A DNA stretch of 64,000 nt, taken from the NCBI RefSeq assembly GCF_018977255.1, contig NW_024704742.1, positions 64,978,001 through 65,042,000 of the forward strand, given 5' to 3'. Made by a program: the position numbers and the translations under genes. This document shows, in pieces, positions 13,028 to 26,755 of the stretch (the stretch's first letter is position 1; every line of letters begins with the position of its first letter). The DNA is from Callorhinchus milii (lineage: Eukaryota). The notes below the pieces were generated by a model. The model was not told the DNA's origin, made no database searches, and saw nothing but the letters and a program-made list of their open reading frames with translations.

Positions 13028-14330
13028 ACTTGCATTTATATAGAGCCCTTCAAGCAGAGTAGCATCCCGGAGCACTTGACAGTAGCAGAATCTGACCCTG
13101 AGCCGGGGGCAGAGGGAGGTGACAGAAAGCACAGTCAAAAAGGAAGGCCTTTAGGCAGGATTTCAAAGTGGGGAGGGATGTGGCAAGGTGGAGGGATTGA
13201 GGGAGAGAGTTCCAGAGTTTCAGGGCGTGGTGGCTGAAAGCACGGCTACCGATGATGGAGCGGAGGGAAGGAACGAAGGATGAACAGGAGACTGGAGCCA
13301 GCTGAGCAGAGGCTGCAGGTGGTGGAGTTGGGTAAGCAAGTCAGATAGGTAGGGAGGTGTGAGAGCATGAAGGGTTTTGAAAATGAGTGAGAAGATCCTT
13401 TCAGTAATTGGAAGCCAATGGAGCCTGGCAAGGACTGGTGTGATGGGGGTATAGTGTCTTATATTGTGGAGCTGGGGAGACCAGCGAGGAGGACGAGGGT
13501 TTCAGCTGCTTTGGTTGTGAGGTTCAGATGGAGGCGGGCAATGAGGCAAAGGTGGAAAAAAGGGTTCCTTGTCAGGAATGGATGTGGGTTAGAAAGGAAA
13601 GCTGGGGATCGAACCTGATGCCTAAGTTGTGCACAGGTTCGGTGAGTCTGAAGGAGAGCCCGTGGAGGTTGAGAAGTTCAGACCCGCAGGAGAGAAGACG
13701 TTGACAGGAGCCAAAGAGTATGGCTTCCATCTTGCTGACATTCAGCTGCAGGAAATTTGCACTCATTCAGGCCTTGATGTCCGTCAAACAAGCTGACAGA
13801 ACATCAGTGGACTGGGAGTCGCAGCTGGAAGAGAAGTAGATTTGTGTGTCATCCGCATATGGTTGACCCCATGTCTGCGGATGACATCACCCAACGGGAG
13901 CATATAGATAAGCAAAAGAAGAGGGCCAAGGATGGAGCCTTGGGGTACCCCGCAGGTGCCGGGTGGGGGAGGGAGGAAAAAGCATTTGCCGAAATGAAAT
14001 GGAGATGGTTGGTTGAGTAGGACTCAAACCATATGAGTGCGGTCCCACTAAGGTGGATGAGGGAGGAGAGGCGGTGGAGGAGGATGGTGTGGTTGACTGT
14101 ATCGAGCATGGGGTAGAGGTCGAGGAGAACGAGGAGGCAGAGGAAGCCCTGGTCACAGAGAGAGAGGACATGATTTGCTACTTTGCCGATCGCTGTCTCT
14201 GTGCTGTGGGCTGGGCAAAGACCGAACTGGAGGGGGTCGAGTAGGGAGTGGAGGGAGAGGTGTGAGTGAAGTTGGTTTGCAACGACACATTTCAAAACTT
14301 TGCCCAGAAAGGGCAAGATGGGTCTGAAAT
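13028..14330 (-). mobile_element. L2-clade LINE fragment (RT to tail)
   Basis: HSTETAIGKVAN..LLVLLDL..DTVNHTILLHRL and MSANFLQLNVSK; L2 tail at about 13030. Confidence 0.9.
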
Positions 14331-15368
14331 CCATGAAACGCTTTGGGACGTCCACCCGATATGAAAGGTGCTAATTTTACCAAATGTAAGAATTATTCTT
14401 AAATTATTATTACTCTGAGACATTTCTGCATGAAAAGTTACTTTTACAACAACAACGTCTGTTTATGTAGGGAGCAGGCTGGAGCCACTGAGCGGAGGGA
14501 GCGGAGAGGTCAGTATGGAAGTAGGGTTTGAGCAGCCCAACAGCAGAGCTTGAGCTCATTATTAGGTTAGTAATACTGAGGGATCACTGCTTTCACATAA
14601 AAGAAATGTCTCAAAAGCTCATTACAGGATGAGATTAATTACAAGTGAAGTGAATGTCTGCCCTGTTGTTACAAGTAGCAGGTAATTCGCAGCAAGGGCA
14701 ATAAATACAACTAATAATAATAGTCCTTGGATTTGATATAGCTCCATATCAGGTCATTGAGACATCTCAAAGCGCTTCACATATATTGTAAAGTGGATTG
14801 ACTCTATTGTGTGGGCGAACCGTGGTAGCCAATTGCGCACAAAATATTAATATTTTTGAAAAATCCCTAACAATTTTTACGGGAATTGAAACCTGTTTCA
14901 AGATTGGCAGTTAACCGCTGAATGAAAACCACATGGGAACCCCCACCGACCATTTTTTTTTAGTGTACACAGGATGTCAGCAGATAATACAAATAAAAAA
15001 AAGACACAGGTTTATTAATCTGTAGAACCGCCTCCACTTTTTCTATTCTCTGCATGATTGCAAAGGCAGTGTTACAATTTTGCAGCAAACCATAATGTTT
15101 ATTCGTTGATCTTGAACCAATGTGACATTTAAATATCCTGTGTTCTTGTTTCTGACCTATGCCACCTACTGAATATGTTTTCACAGTAGACATTTATCAG
15201 TTTGAGTGTTGGCTTGACTCTGTGGGTAGTACTCTTACCTTTGAATCAGTAGATTGTGGATACAAACCTAGTGTCGGTACTTCAGATTATAATATGAGAT
15301 GACACTCTGGGAAGTGCTACCTGCACCTCAACAGATACCAGTTTCATCTGACCATAACCTTCTGACCC

Positions 15369-16435
15369 AACAACAACAACAAGATTACATTTGTATAGCG
15401 CCTTTCACATCGGGAGGTTGTCCCAAGGCGCTCGACAGAGTACAGACGTAGGGTGGGGCGAGGCTGAATTGGATCCTCTGAAGGATAGTGAGCCAGTGGA
15501 GTCGGGCGAGAGTGGGAGAGATGGGGTCACGGAGTTTGGTGCGAGAGAGGACACAGGCTGCAGAGTTCTGGATTATCTGCAGCCTGTGGAGGGAGGAGTT
15601 GGGAAGGCCGACAAGCAGGGTGTTTGCATAGTCGTGCCTGGAGGTGATGAAGGCATGAACAAGAGTTTCAGCGGCCTGAGGGCTGAGGTAGTGGCGGAGT
15701 CTGACGATGTTACGGAGGTGAGGGAAGGCAGAGCAGGTCATGGCTTGGATGTGGGGAAGAAAAGACAGTTGAGGGTCGAACAAGACACCTGGGTTCCTGA
15801 CTGGCGGTGAGTTGTAGTGTGCAACCATGGAGGTTGATGCTGCCAGAGCCTGAGGTGCTGAGGTGCTGGTGGGAGCTAATCAGGAGGGCCTCAGTCTTGT
15901 TCACATTCAACTGTAGGAGATTTGCCCTCATCCAGGACTTGATGTCCAACAGGCAGTCTGTCAGGACAGCAGTGGTCCTGGAGTTGAGGGTGGAGGCAGA
16001 AAGATAGAGTTGGGTGTCATCCGCATACATGTGGAAGTTGACCCCATGTCTGAGGATGATGTCACTAAGGGGGAGCATGTAGATATTAAAGAGGAGAGAG
16101 CCAAGGACAGAGCCCTGGGGGACGCCAGATGTGACAGTGCGGGGGCTGGAGAAGAAACTGTTAGAGGCAACAAAGTAGAAATGGTGAGAGAGATAGGAAT
16201 CGAACCAGGCAAAGGCAGATCCGCGAAGATTCAGTAAAGCGGAGAGGCGGTGTATGAGGATGGAGTGGTCGACAGTTTTGAAGGCAGTAGAGATGTCGAG
16301 GAGGACAAGGAGGCAGAGGGAGCCTGATCACAGATGTTCAGAATGTCATTAGTGACTTTGACCAGAGCTGTTTCCGTGCTGTGGGCAGCGCGGAAGTCGG
16401 ATTGGAGGGGTCCCAAGGGGGAGGACCCAGAAGTG
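15369..16435 (-). mobile_element. L2-clade LINE fragment (RT to tail, internal deletion)
   Basis: AHSTETALVKVTNDIL and HGVNFHMYADDTQLYLS; (TTG)n tail at about 15370. Confidence 0.93.
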
Positions 16436-16469
16436 GGAGTGCTACAGACTAAACCAGGGTGACTTCCCA

Positions 16470-17310
16470 CTTCCATTGTTTAGGAACAGGAGTAGGCCAT
16501 TCAGCCCATCAAGCCTGTTCCGGCATTCTATTAGATCATGGCTGATCTGTACCTCAACTCCATTTACCCGCCTTTGCTCCATATCACTTGATACCCTTAC
16601 ATAGCAAATATTTATCCAACTCAGTCTTGAAAATCTGAATGGATCCAGCACCCACAGCCTTTTGGGGGAGAGAATTCCAGATCTCCACTTCCCTTTGAGT
16701 GAAAAACTGCCTCCTGATTTCATTCCTAAATGGCCTAGCACTAATTTTAAGATTATACCCCCCTTGACACCTCCTACCTCTGCGACCTCCTAATCCCCTA
16801 CCACTCTGATCGTTCTATCTGCTCAGTGGGCTCCAGCCTGCTTCAGGTTCCCCGCCTCGCTCGCCCCAGTATTGGCAGGCAGGCCTTCTACCACTCTGCC
16901 CCCACCCTCTGGAACTCCATCCCACAGTCCTTCCGCCTCACCCCCTCCCTTGCCACCTTCAAGACCCGTCGCTAGATCCTGCTTTTGATCACCTTGCTTC
17001 CTCCACTGCCCTTCATCCTCCACGATCCCGACCCCCAACTCACGTCCGAAATTCTGTCTGTCCAGCACCTTGGGACGTCCTCCCGACGTGAAAAGCGCTA
17101 TACAAATGTAATTTTGTTGTGTTTGTTGTTGTTCTGGATTCCCCCACCAGAGGAGATAGTTTCTCTGTAGCCACCCTGTCGAATCCCTTTATAATTTTAA
17201 ACACCTCAATCAGATCACCTCTCAACCTTCTAAACTTAAGGGAATACAAGTCAAGGTTATGCAACCTGTCTTCGTAATTTAACCCTTTAAACCCTGGAAT
17301 CATTCTGGTT
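16470..17310 (-). mobile_element. CR1 3' fragment interrupted by an L2 insertion
   Basis: MIPGFKGLNYEDRLHNLDLYSLKFRRLRGDLIEVFKIIKGFDRV (17131-17303) continues at 16766-16470 into a CR1 3' end (gggctgaatggcctactcctgttcct). Confidence 0.88.
16767..17131 (+). mobile_element. L2 3' fragment inserted in CR1
   Basis: Ends gggacgtcctcccgacgtgaaaagcgctatacaaatgtaattttgttg. Confidence 0.9.
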
Positions 17311-20300
17311 TAGTGGATGCATTTACATTGCAGCAACCCTCCAGAAGACTGCAGATTTCCCCCTCCTACACAAAAGTTGATACATTCAATGGTTTCCATT
17401 TTTAGGCTTTGACATTTTGCTTCCTTGAGTGTGAAGTGCAGGAAATGCACATTTCAGCAAAGTAAATGTGACTGAGCCGGCAGAGCAACGTTTTGAAAGG
17501 AAACTTCACTTAGATAAATACTTGAGATCATAAATAAATCATATTAAGAAGGAGCAGAGGAATGGTGGTCAGAGTAGATAACTTATATTAACCCTTGTCT
17601 CAAGTAAGGGAAGGGTTCTTGTTATCCTCTTGGAAGGAATCAATCCACATAGCTAGTAACAGTTGTAAAGTGTTTAATTCACCTCAGCTAAAACACACAC
17701 TAGGAATATTCTTGCAGTCAGGTACACACAGATACACAGAGTATGTGAAAAATCCTAAAGAGAACCCAGGTTCACCCACTCCAAGAGGGCGCTCCAGGCT
17801 CTACCAATAATCCCATAAATGTAAGGGTTGTTAGAAGTTCCACTGGGAGCTAGCATCAGCACAACTGGAGGCATTTAGAGGATTAATTGCATTTAGAGGA
17901 TTCCTTAGTTAATACACAAAAGGTTATTGCGTTGATACCAACCGCTTTTAAAAGGAAGGTGGATAAGTACCTGATAAAGAAAAAATAATAATAATTATTC
18001 CTTCCATTTGAGAAAGCAGCTTTCACATTGGGAGGATGTCTCAAAGTGCTTCACAGGATTTATTGTGAAGCAGAGTGACTATGTTTTGTAGGGAAACATT
18101 TTGTGCATTGCCAATTTGTGCACAGCAATGTCCCATAAACAGGCAATATTGTCCTTTGGATTAAGATGTTAAACTGCAATTCAGTTGAACATTAAAGATC
18201 CAATGGCAATATTCTCATGGGGAGGCAGTTTCTCCTGTTCTGAAAAATAATATTAAAAGATATGGGAAAGAGCACTTTCTGTGTGTGTGTGGGGGGTGGA
18301 TGTGTGGGAAGGGCTTACGTATTCAGATTACTCAAAAAGGCAATTGCTGACACTCCAGAGCAGTCTTGGGGAAAGTTGTATCATCAGAGATGCTTTTATT
18401 CGGGTGAGATGTTAAACTGAGGTCCCATCTGACTCTTCAGGATGTTAAAAAACACATGGCATGGAATCAAAAAGAGATGTGGGTTTCCCCCTGTGTGTCA
18501 GCCAACAATTGACCAGTTAAATTGGTCACTCACTTCATGGCTGTTCACATATTAGCTGTTGCGTTTGCCTACAAAATACCCATAGTCACTACTGTTAGGT
18601 AAACATTTAGTAGTAATTAGTGTGAAGTGCTTTGAGACATTTTGAAATATAAGCCCCATAGCAAGGATTGTTATTATTATTTCCTGCAATAAAAATTGAG
18701 TTAAAATTTTTTAGTATTTAGTGATCAGTGTACACAAGACATCAAAATGTCGATATCACGAATGAAATGTTTTCTGTCTATCGATAAAAAATTAACTGCC
18801 CACACATAGTATCAGCTCTTGTTATTTGAGATTGTTTGGTCAGCCGGGTGTCTGATACATGCAGAAATCCATGTTTAAGAATATCCGGAAAATAATGTAT
18901 ATGAGATAACAAAAATTGTTAACTCAATCCATGACTGTTTGTGGGACACTGCTGTACGCAATTGGCTGCCGTGTTTCGCCCACAAAATATACAGTCAATT
19001 CACTTTACAATATATTCTGTGAAGTGCTTTGAGATGTTTTGAAGACGTGATAAGGCTCTATATCAAATGCGAGGATTATTATTATCCGAAACAGAAAGAG
19101 TTCCACATATAGTGGAAAATTTGACTTTGTTCACAAATTTCCCAGAGGGACAAAGTGAAACTTCTCCTGGAGTTTAACAACAACAACAAGATTCCATTTA
19201 CAGAGCGCCTTTCACGTCGGGAGGACGTCCCAAGGCGCTGGACAGTTGGGTCAGGACCCGAGCAGGGGGGACATGGTCAGGGTGAGGGGAAGGAAGGGAG
19301 GGAGCGAGGAAGGGGGGAAATGGTCAGGGTGAGGGGAGAGAAGGGAGGGAGCGAGGAGTGGGTAGAGAGTCGAGAGGGGAGCTGAAGGCACGGTCAAAGA
19401 GAACCAGCTACAACCATCCAGCTTGATATCGCATCTCTTTTTTTTCTTTTTTTTTGTGCGGATTCAAAATTCGCAACAGAATTTGCTTCATCACCCACAA
19501 TGAAACATATCACCTGTTTTATTAAACCTATTCCCACTCAGCTGCTCTGACCCCTGCTGGACAACAGTCAGTTTTTGGTGCGTCTGACACATGCAGAAAC
19601 TCATCACCTTGCTTAAGAGCATCCAAACCAGACTGAGTGGACCATGTATGCCACCTACACATGGGAATCTCTGCTTAGAATGGAATGTGCACTCTCTCCC
19701 CAGAGGGACACATCCTGTTGATCTAATTCCGGAAAGCATTAGGGGTAGATTGCCAATAGACAAAGCTTGGGGACCCAGAGTGTGTGTTGGGGGATCTAAC
19801 CAGTTACAAGCATACAGGTTAACTTTGAGAGCACTCTCAACCTTTCCCTCAGTTCTGGGACTGTCTCACCCATCTCCTCAAAACACCTTTCGCCTGCCCA
19901 CAGCACTGAACCAGCCAATGTCAAAGCCACCAATGACAATACTCTCCCTCTGTGACCAAGCCTCCCTCTGCCTTCTTGTCCTGCTACTTTGGACTCTATT
20001 CACCACTCTGTCCTCCTCGATTGTCTCTCCTCACATCTCAGTTCTCCTTACTGTGCACCCGTGTGCTCTCTTGCACCAGGCGAGGGGAAATGTTAGGCAA
20101 ATTTCCTTACCCCACAAACCTCTGTTTACACTTTGAGACGCTGCCCCATGTGAAGGGAGCTATGTAAATGCAAGTTGTTGTTGTTAGTTGATTGGCTGAT
20201 CACTTTTTGGGCGTAATAATCCTCCCCCAAAAAATATTTGGTCACTCAATCCACGACTGTTTGTGGAACCCTACTGTGTGCAATTGTCTGCTGTGTTTCA

Positions 20301-20792
20301 CCCAGAAAATATAAAGTCTATCCAAAGTATTTACAATATATTCTGTGATTTGCTTTGAAACATCTCAATGATGTGATGAGGCACTATATCAAATGCAAGG
20401 ATTATTATGCCTTCACCCTCTAGAACACCATCCTCGATCTCATCCCCTTTACTATCTGTCTTTAAATTTCTATCATTTATGAATCTTTTGCAAATCCTGT
20501 TACGCACACTACATTTTCGACCCCAGTATGAAGTGGTGAAGCAACTGGGTACAAGTCAAGCGTGAAGCTAGCATGTAGTTCCCTCACAAACTTGCCATTG
20601 GTGGTTGATAGAGGGACTGTGGGTGCCAATGGGGAAGGCAGAGGTGTACTTTTATCTAATGTGAGCTCCAGCAATCACTGAGAAATAGCTAAGTGTTAGC
20701 CAAAAGTCAATCTGATGCTATTTTGCACTTTCTAGCAAATTCGTCCCTATGAAAGGATCTGAAACAAAGTATTGCTGCTATTCTAAACTTTA

Positions 20793-20808
20793 TCACCAGG
20801 TGGCAGTG
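20793..20808 (+). promoter_or_regulatory. CTCF-like motif
   Basis: TCACCAGGTGGCAGTG in non-repeat sequence. Confidence 0.45.
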
Positions 20809-20852
20809 TTCTAAAGACAAATGTGTGGTTGTTTATCAGACAGAGGTCAGCC

Positions 20853-21170
20853 ATAATAATAATAATAATAATCCTTGCATTTGATATAGCGCTTTTCACG
20901 TCGGGAGGACGTCCCAAAGCGCTTCACAGAACACACTGTAAAGTGAATTGACTGTATATTTGTGGGCGAACGCGGCAGCCAATTGCGCACAGCAATGTCC
21001 CACAAACAGTCGTAGATTGAAAATGACCAATTTATTATTGTTTTGGGGTTTTTGGAGGGATTATTATTAGGCTCGTGTGGAGTAAGGAAACTTGCCCAAG
21101 GTTTCGCCCTGCCTGGAATTGAACTCAGGTCTCTCACTTGCAAAGCGAGTGCTCTAACCACTGAGCTACA
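20853..21170 (-). mobile_element. Young tRNA-derived SINE (short subfamily)
   Basis: Near-identical to 11177-11499. Confidence 0.92.
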
Positions 21171-21269
21171 GAACAGCCATGCAAACAATTACATTCAAAT
21201 TAGGTTTCAAAATTGTGACTTCATTTGAATTTTCCAAAATTCTGCACAATTTAAAACTTTAAGACAATG

Positions 21270-22222
21270 GTTCAAGACTATAAGACATTTCTGGCCTTTC
21301 CGTTCTACTTAACCAACCGCCAACTTCGGCCAACAGTTTTTCCTCTTGCCTCCACCTGGTCACCTGCGGGGTACCCCAAGGCTCCATGCTTGGGCCCCTT
21401 CTTTTCCTTATCGACATGCTCCCTCTCGGCGATGACATCTGCAGACATGAGGTCAACTTCCACTTGTATGTGGATGACATCCAAATCTATTTCTTCTCCT
21501 TCAGCTGCGACTCCCAGTCTACCGATGTCCTGTCAGCTTGTTTGACGGACATCAACAACAACAACAACTTGGATTTATATAGCGCCCTCCACGCCGGACG
21601 GCGTCTCAGAGCGCTTCACAGTGAGGGATCCTGGGACCGAGCCAGGGGGAGGAAGAGGATGAGGTCAAATATCCTGCAGCTGAATGTCAGCAAGACAGAA
21701 GCCATATTTTTGGGCTACCATCAACGACTTCACTCCTGTGAATCTGAACTCCTCAACCACCCCAGGCTCTCCCTCAAACTTTCCGAAACCGTCCACAACT
21801 TAGATGTCAGGTTTGATCCCCAGCTTTGCTTTCTATCACACATCCATTCGCTGACCAGGAATTTTTTTCCACCTCTGTCATATTGCCTGCCACCGTCTGT
21901 ACCTCACAACCAAAGCAGCCAAAATCCTTGACCAAGCCTGCGTCACTGCCCGGCTGGACTATTCCAATGCCCTCCTCGCTGGTCTCCCCAGCTCCACAAT
22001 ACACAAAGCACAACAAATTCAGAACTCCACCGCCCGGATTCTCACCCGCACAAAACTCCGTACCCTCATCACAACAATCCATGTCAGGCTCCACCTGCTC
22101 CCAATCATCGAACGGATCGATTTCAAGACCCTCATGATCCCGTCCCTCTCCCCCTGACTCAGTGTCAAACTTCGCCATTATCAAGTGTCTGAAGGGCACT
22201 ATATAAATGCAATTGTTGTTGT
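21270..22222 (+). mobile_element. L2-clade LINE fragment carrying an inverted L2/SINE-tail insertion at about 21553-21655
   Basis: LGPLLFLIDMLPLGDDICRHEVNFHLYVDDIQIY..NILQLNVSKTEAI; tail at about 22200. Confidence 0.88.
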
Positions 22223-22451
22223 AATACTTTCCAGAATTAGGTAAGCAGGAAGTGTCCCTCCAGGGAGAGAGAGCACATTCCGTTCCAATGATCTATCTCT
22301 GGGATTTCTCTGTGTAGGTGGGAGGCCTGGAATTCTCAGCTTGGCTTGTACGCTCTTAAGCATGGGGATGTGTTTCCACGTGTGTCAGACACCCAACGGA
22401 GCAAATAAAATTGAGCGAATCAGAGGGTGAAGTATCCTGGGCTGCTTTCAC

Positions 22452-22468
22452 GCACCCTCTAGTGGCCA
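22452..22468 (-). promoter_or_regulatory. CTCF-like motif
   Basis: Reverse complement reads TGGCCACTAGAGGGTGC, close to the CTCF core consensus. Confidence 0.5.
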
Positions 22469-25400
22469 GTCATAGAACTGAGACGTTACAATTGTTTTGG
22501 CCGGTGTGGCGCAGGAACAAGAGGAATTCACAACTGGAACACACACTGACGTTGAACTTCAATAGAAATCAAAACAGATTGCACAATCACATGCGTTAAC
22601 TCAATCTTTCCTAAGATCTCATGCCGTCATCTCACTCAACTCTTCCCTTCCTCTTACTCCAGTGTTTCAATTCGTTTGTCAAAACCCACTTACTTTTTAA
22701 TTTGTCTCGCCCTCTCTCGCACTCATTTCAATTCGGCCAAGCCCTGTACTTGACCGTCTCACACAGGTTTCACAATACGAAAAATAGTTATGCGGCAATA
22801 GCAGTGTCTGGAACTGAAGACCACAGAAAAGGCCTTGACCCCACTTTATTACCAGTGGTGGAATCGCCCAGGAGAAATAAATGTGATGGTGAGAACTAGC
22901 GAGTCAGAATTTGTCCGTCAAGTTCTGAGTCAGAGAATTCATCGCAACAAAGATCACCTTGACTGACAGTGCAGCGTTCTCATGTGTGCACATCCCATTG
23001 TGCATTTATATTGCACCTTCACGCGGGATAGAGTCCCAGAGCGCTTCACAGTGGCGGAGTCTGACAACAAGCCAGGGGGAGAGGGAGTGGGGAGATGACT
23101 GTAAGCACGATCAAAAAGGAAGCCTTTAAGCAGGATTTAAATTTGGAGAGGGAGGGGGCAAGACAACGGGATTGAGAGAGTTCCAGAGTTTAAGGGCGTA
23201 GTGGCTGAAGGCACGGCCACCCGACGGTGGAACGGAGGCCACGAGGTACAATTCGGAGACTGGAGCTCCGGAGGGTGGTGGAGTGGGGGGTAAGCAGATC
23301 GGAGAGGTAGGGAGGTGCAAGGGAATTAAGTGATTTGAAAATGATTGAGCGAATCTTGAGATCGATTCAATCGGTGATTGGGAGCCAGTGAAGCCTGCCA
23401 AGGTTGTTCGTGAATAATAATAATAATAATATTTTGTTAACAAAGTACCCAGTGAACAAAATATCAACCTCTTGCAAAAAGTAACTATTTTAGGACGCTC
23501 GAGTACATTAAGAAAAGTAACATACATTTATTTATATGTAAAGTGGCAGTGTTATTGGTCTGGTTGACCCATCACTGAAAAACATTTAGAAATTACCTCT
23601 ATTGAGTGATGTAACTGTAATAACATAATATGTTGTTATGGTATTACAGTAACCTCCACAAAATATGCAGTTAATTCACTTCATATTTTGTGAAATACTT
23701 TTGAGACATCTCAATGACATGATAAGGCGCTATATCAAATGTAAGGATTATTATTAATAATAATTATTATCAATAGTATTCATCACCTTGGGATGTCCTT
23801 CCGACGTGAAAGACGCCATATAAATGTAATTTGGTTGTAATTGTAATAATAATAATAATAATAGTAATGCTTGCATTTGATATGGCTCCTTTCAGATAGG
23901 GGAACGTCTCAAAGAGCTTCACAGGATTCACTGTGACTGCACATATTCTAGGAAATGCAACTGCCAATTCATACACAGCAACATTTCCCAACAGCCATGA
24001 ACTGAATGACCAATTTTTGGGGGACATTGTTAGCCAGAACACCGGGAGAAACTCTTTTCTCTCTTTGAATAGTGCCATGGGATTTTAAGATCCACCTGAA
24101 CAGGCAGATGGAACCTCGGTTTAATATCTCATCCAAAGGACGGTGCCTCTGACATTGCAATCCACCCCCAGTACTGCGTTGGGGTGTCAGCATAGACTAT
24201 ATAATAATAATAAAAGTAATAACCCTTGCATTTGATATAGGGCCTCATCACGTCAATGAGATGTCTCAAAACGTTTCACAAGATATGCTGTAAATTTTGT
24301 ATTTTGTGAGAAAAACTTGGCAACCAGTTGCGCACAGCAATGTCCCACAAGACCATGGAGGGCTTTAAACGTGAGGTCAAGGACACACCAATCTATCAGG
24401 GCAGCTATTTTTTTAAAATCTGCTAATTTGGGTTATATTCCCTAGAGTTTCCCTAAATCCGAAGAGGGCTTGGGAACAAAAGAGCCTGAGCAGGGCACAT
24501 CTCAATAAGAATTGAATTGATTGAGGCATTCAAAATAATGAAGGGAATTGACAATCTAGACCGGGGGTGGGGTGACACTTTCCACTGGTAGAAGGAAGTA
24601 AAACTGTCTAAAGATCCCGCAGCGCCCTGAATTGTAATGATATCATCTTGATTATGTGATAACGGTGTATATAATATCACCCACACTGAGAGCCAAGCCT
24701 GACGACTGGGACCAGTGGTACATGTTCAGGGAGAAGGATTCTGCCTTGAGCGATGCAAACAGAAATTGCTTCTCTTTTACTATTATCTGTCATTGCCGCC
24801 AAATTCATAGTCTAAAAACCTGTTTACCTAGCAGTCCGTAGGAACCCAGTTGTCCAGTTGATTGGCGGTTCACTTTCTGGGGGGTATTAATCTCTTTAAA
24901 AAAATTGGGTCACTCAATTCACGACTGTTTGTGGGAAACTGCTGTGCGTAATTGGCTGCCCCGTTTCGCCCACAAATATGCAGTCAATGAACTTTACTGT
25001 TATAAGCGCTTTGCGATGTCTCAACAACGTGATAAGGCACTATATCAAATGCAAGGATTAACATAAATTATAAAAACAACATTATTTGTCTCCAGGTGGT
25101 GCTGATTGAGGAAACGTTACGCTCTCGGTTGTCAGTGGTAAAGTGGTTCTCGGTGGTAAAGTGTGTCTCCCCAGGGAATCACGTCACATGAACAGGCGGA
25201 CTGTTCACCTCGGATTAGGGTTCTTGCAAATTAGTGTGACGTACACATGGCTCCCTGGAGGAGATGGTTTTATATTCCAAAATGTTTGTTATAATAATAA
25301 TCAACAACAACAAATTACATTTGTATAGTACTTTTCACATCAGGAGGACGTCCCAATCCTTGCATTTGATTTAGCACCTTATCACATCATCGAGATGTCT

Positions 25401-26114
25401 CAAAGAGCTTTACAGAATATACTGTAAAATGGAGTGACTGACTATTTTCTGGGTGAAAGCTGTCTAGCAAGACACCATTTACACTACAGCCCCATCGATG
25501 GACTGATTTGCATATGTGGCAGCTGCAAAGAGGTTTCAGTGACTAACAATGACATTCTAGTCCCACGGTTCATAACTTGGAAATTATTGCACGTGGTGAC
25601 ATCACTGCCTCCAGAGCTGTTCATAACTGAACAGCTCCCCCTGCCCTTGTGGTTCACAAGTTATTGTTCAGAACTCATCCAAACCCATTCCTCTGAACTA
25701 ATGAATTAATATCTGTAGGACATTTGTGTCCTTTATCACGTCAGTGGCAACAAGTGTCAAAGTAAGAAAGACAAGAATTTGTCTAGTCTGTCTCAAGAGA
25801 TTGAAAATAGGAACTAATGAACTGACTCGTGTTTTTTCTCTCTCTTGAACACTCTCTCCAAATATAGCATGGGAAGTTTCTGCTGTATTAATATGAATGA
25901 TCTCTAGCTGCGGAAAGCTTCCTACAAAAAACTCCGCACATCTTGTGTCCAGACCTCAACCATCTTTCCTGGTATTGACGTTCGAGTTATTATCACCCTC
26001 TGAATCAAAATACCCTTTGCAATTCTTAACATGTGCTCTCTTGTTTTACCTGACATTGAGTATCTGAAAGTATTGTTTTGGATTTACTTTCCATATCTCA
26101 TGTAGCATATGTTC

Positions 26115-26641
26115 ATAGGCTGCAATTCATCCAAAACTCTGCAGCCCTGCGTCCTCTCCCACACGAGGCTCTGTGACCCTATCACCCCCATCCTCACCTG
26201 ACTCCACTGACTCACACAAAGGATACAAGATCCTGGTCCTCACCTTCAAAGCCCTCCATGGCCTTGTTATCCCCTACCTCTGCGACCTCTTAACCCCCTA
26301 CCATCCTGCTCACTCCCTCCGCTCAATGGGCTTCGGCCTGCTTCACGTCCCCTGCCTCGCTCACCCCAATATTGGCGGGTGGGCCTTCTGCCATTCTGAC
26401 CCCACCCTCTGGAACTCCATCCCACAGTCCAGCCGCCTCGCCCCCTCCCTCAGCACCTTCAAGAGTTATCTCAAGACCCTCCTCATTGACTGTGCTTTTA
26501 ATCTCCCTGCTTCCCCTCCTGCCCTCCATCCTCCCCGACCCCGACCCCCGGTTCTGGTCCGAAACTCTGTCTGTCCAGCGCTTTGGGACCTCCTCCTGAC
26601 GTTAAAGGTGTAATTCTGTTGTTGTTGTCGTTGTCGTTGTT
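26115..26641 (+). mobile_element. L2 3' fragment
   Basis: YKILVLTFKALHGL..YLCDLL..GGWAF..PTLWNSIP..TFKSYLKTLL; (TTG)n tail. Confidence 0.9.
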
Positions 26642-26755
26642 CACCTCTAAGATCCCCTCTGAGACATCCCTTTTTAAGGCAGAATAGCTCAAATTTGATC
26701 AAGCTGTTCCTCGGAGCTCATCCCTCTCACACTAGGAAAGTAAGTGGGGTTTCCT

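Noticed and set aside
17596..17918. Possible solo LTR (TG...CA) with a CTCF-like ccaagagggcgc
   Set aside because: No TSD, no second copy in the window, and only a partial motif match.
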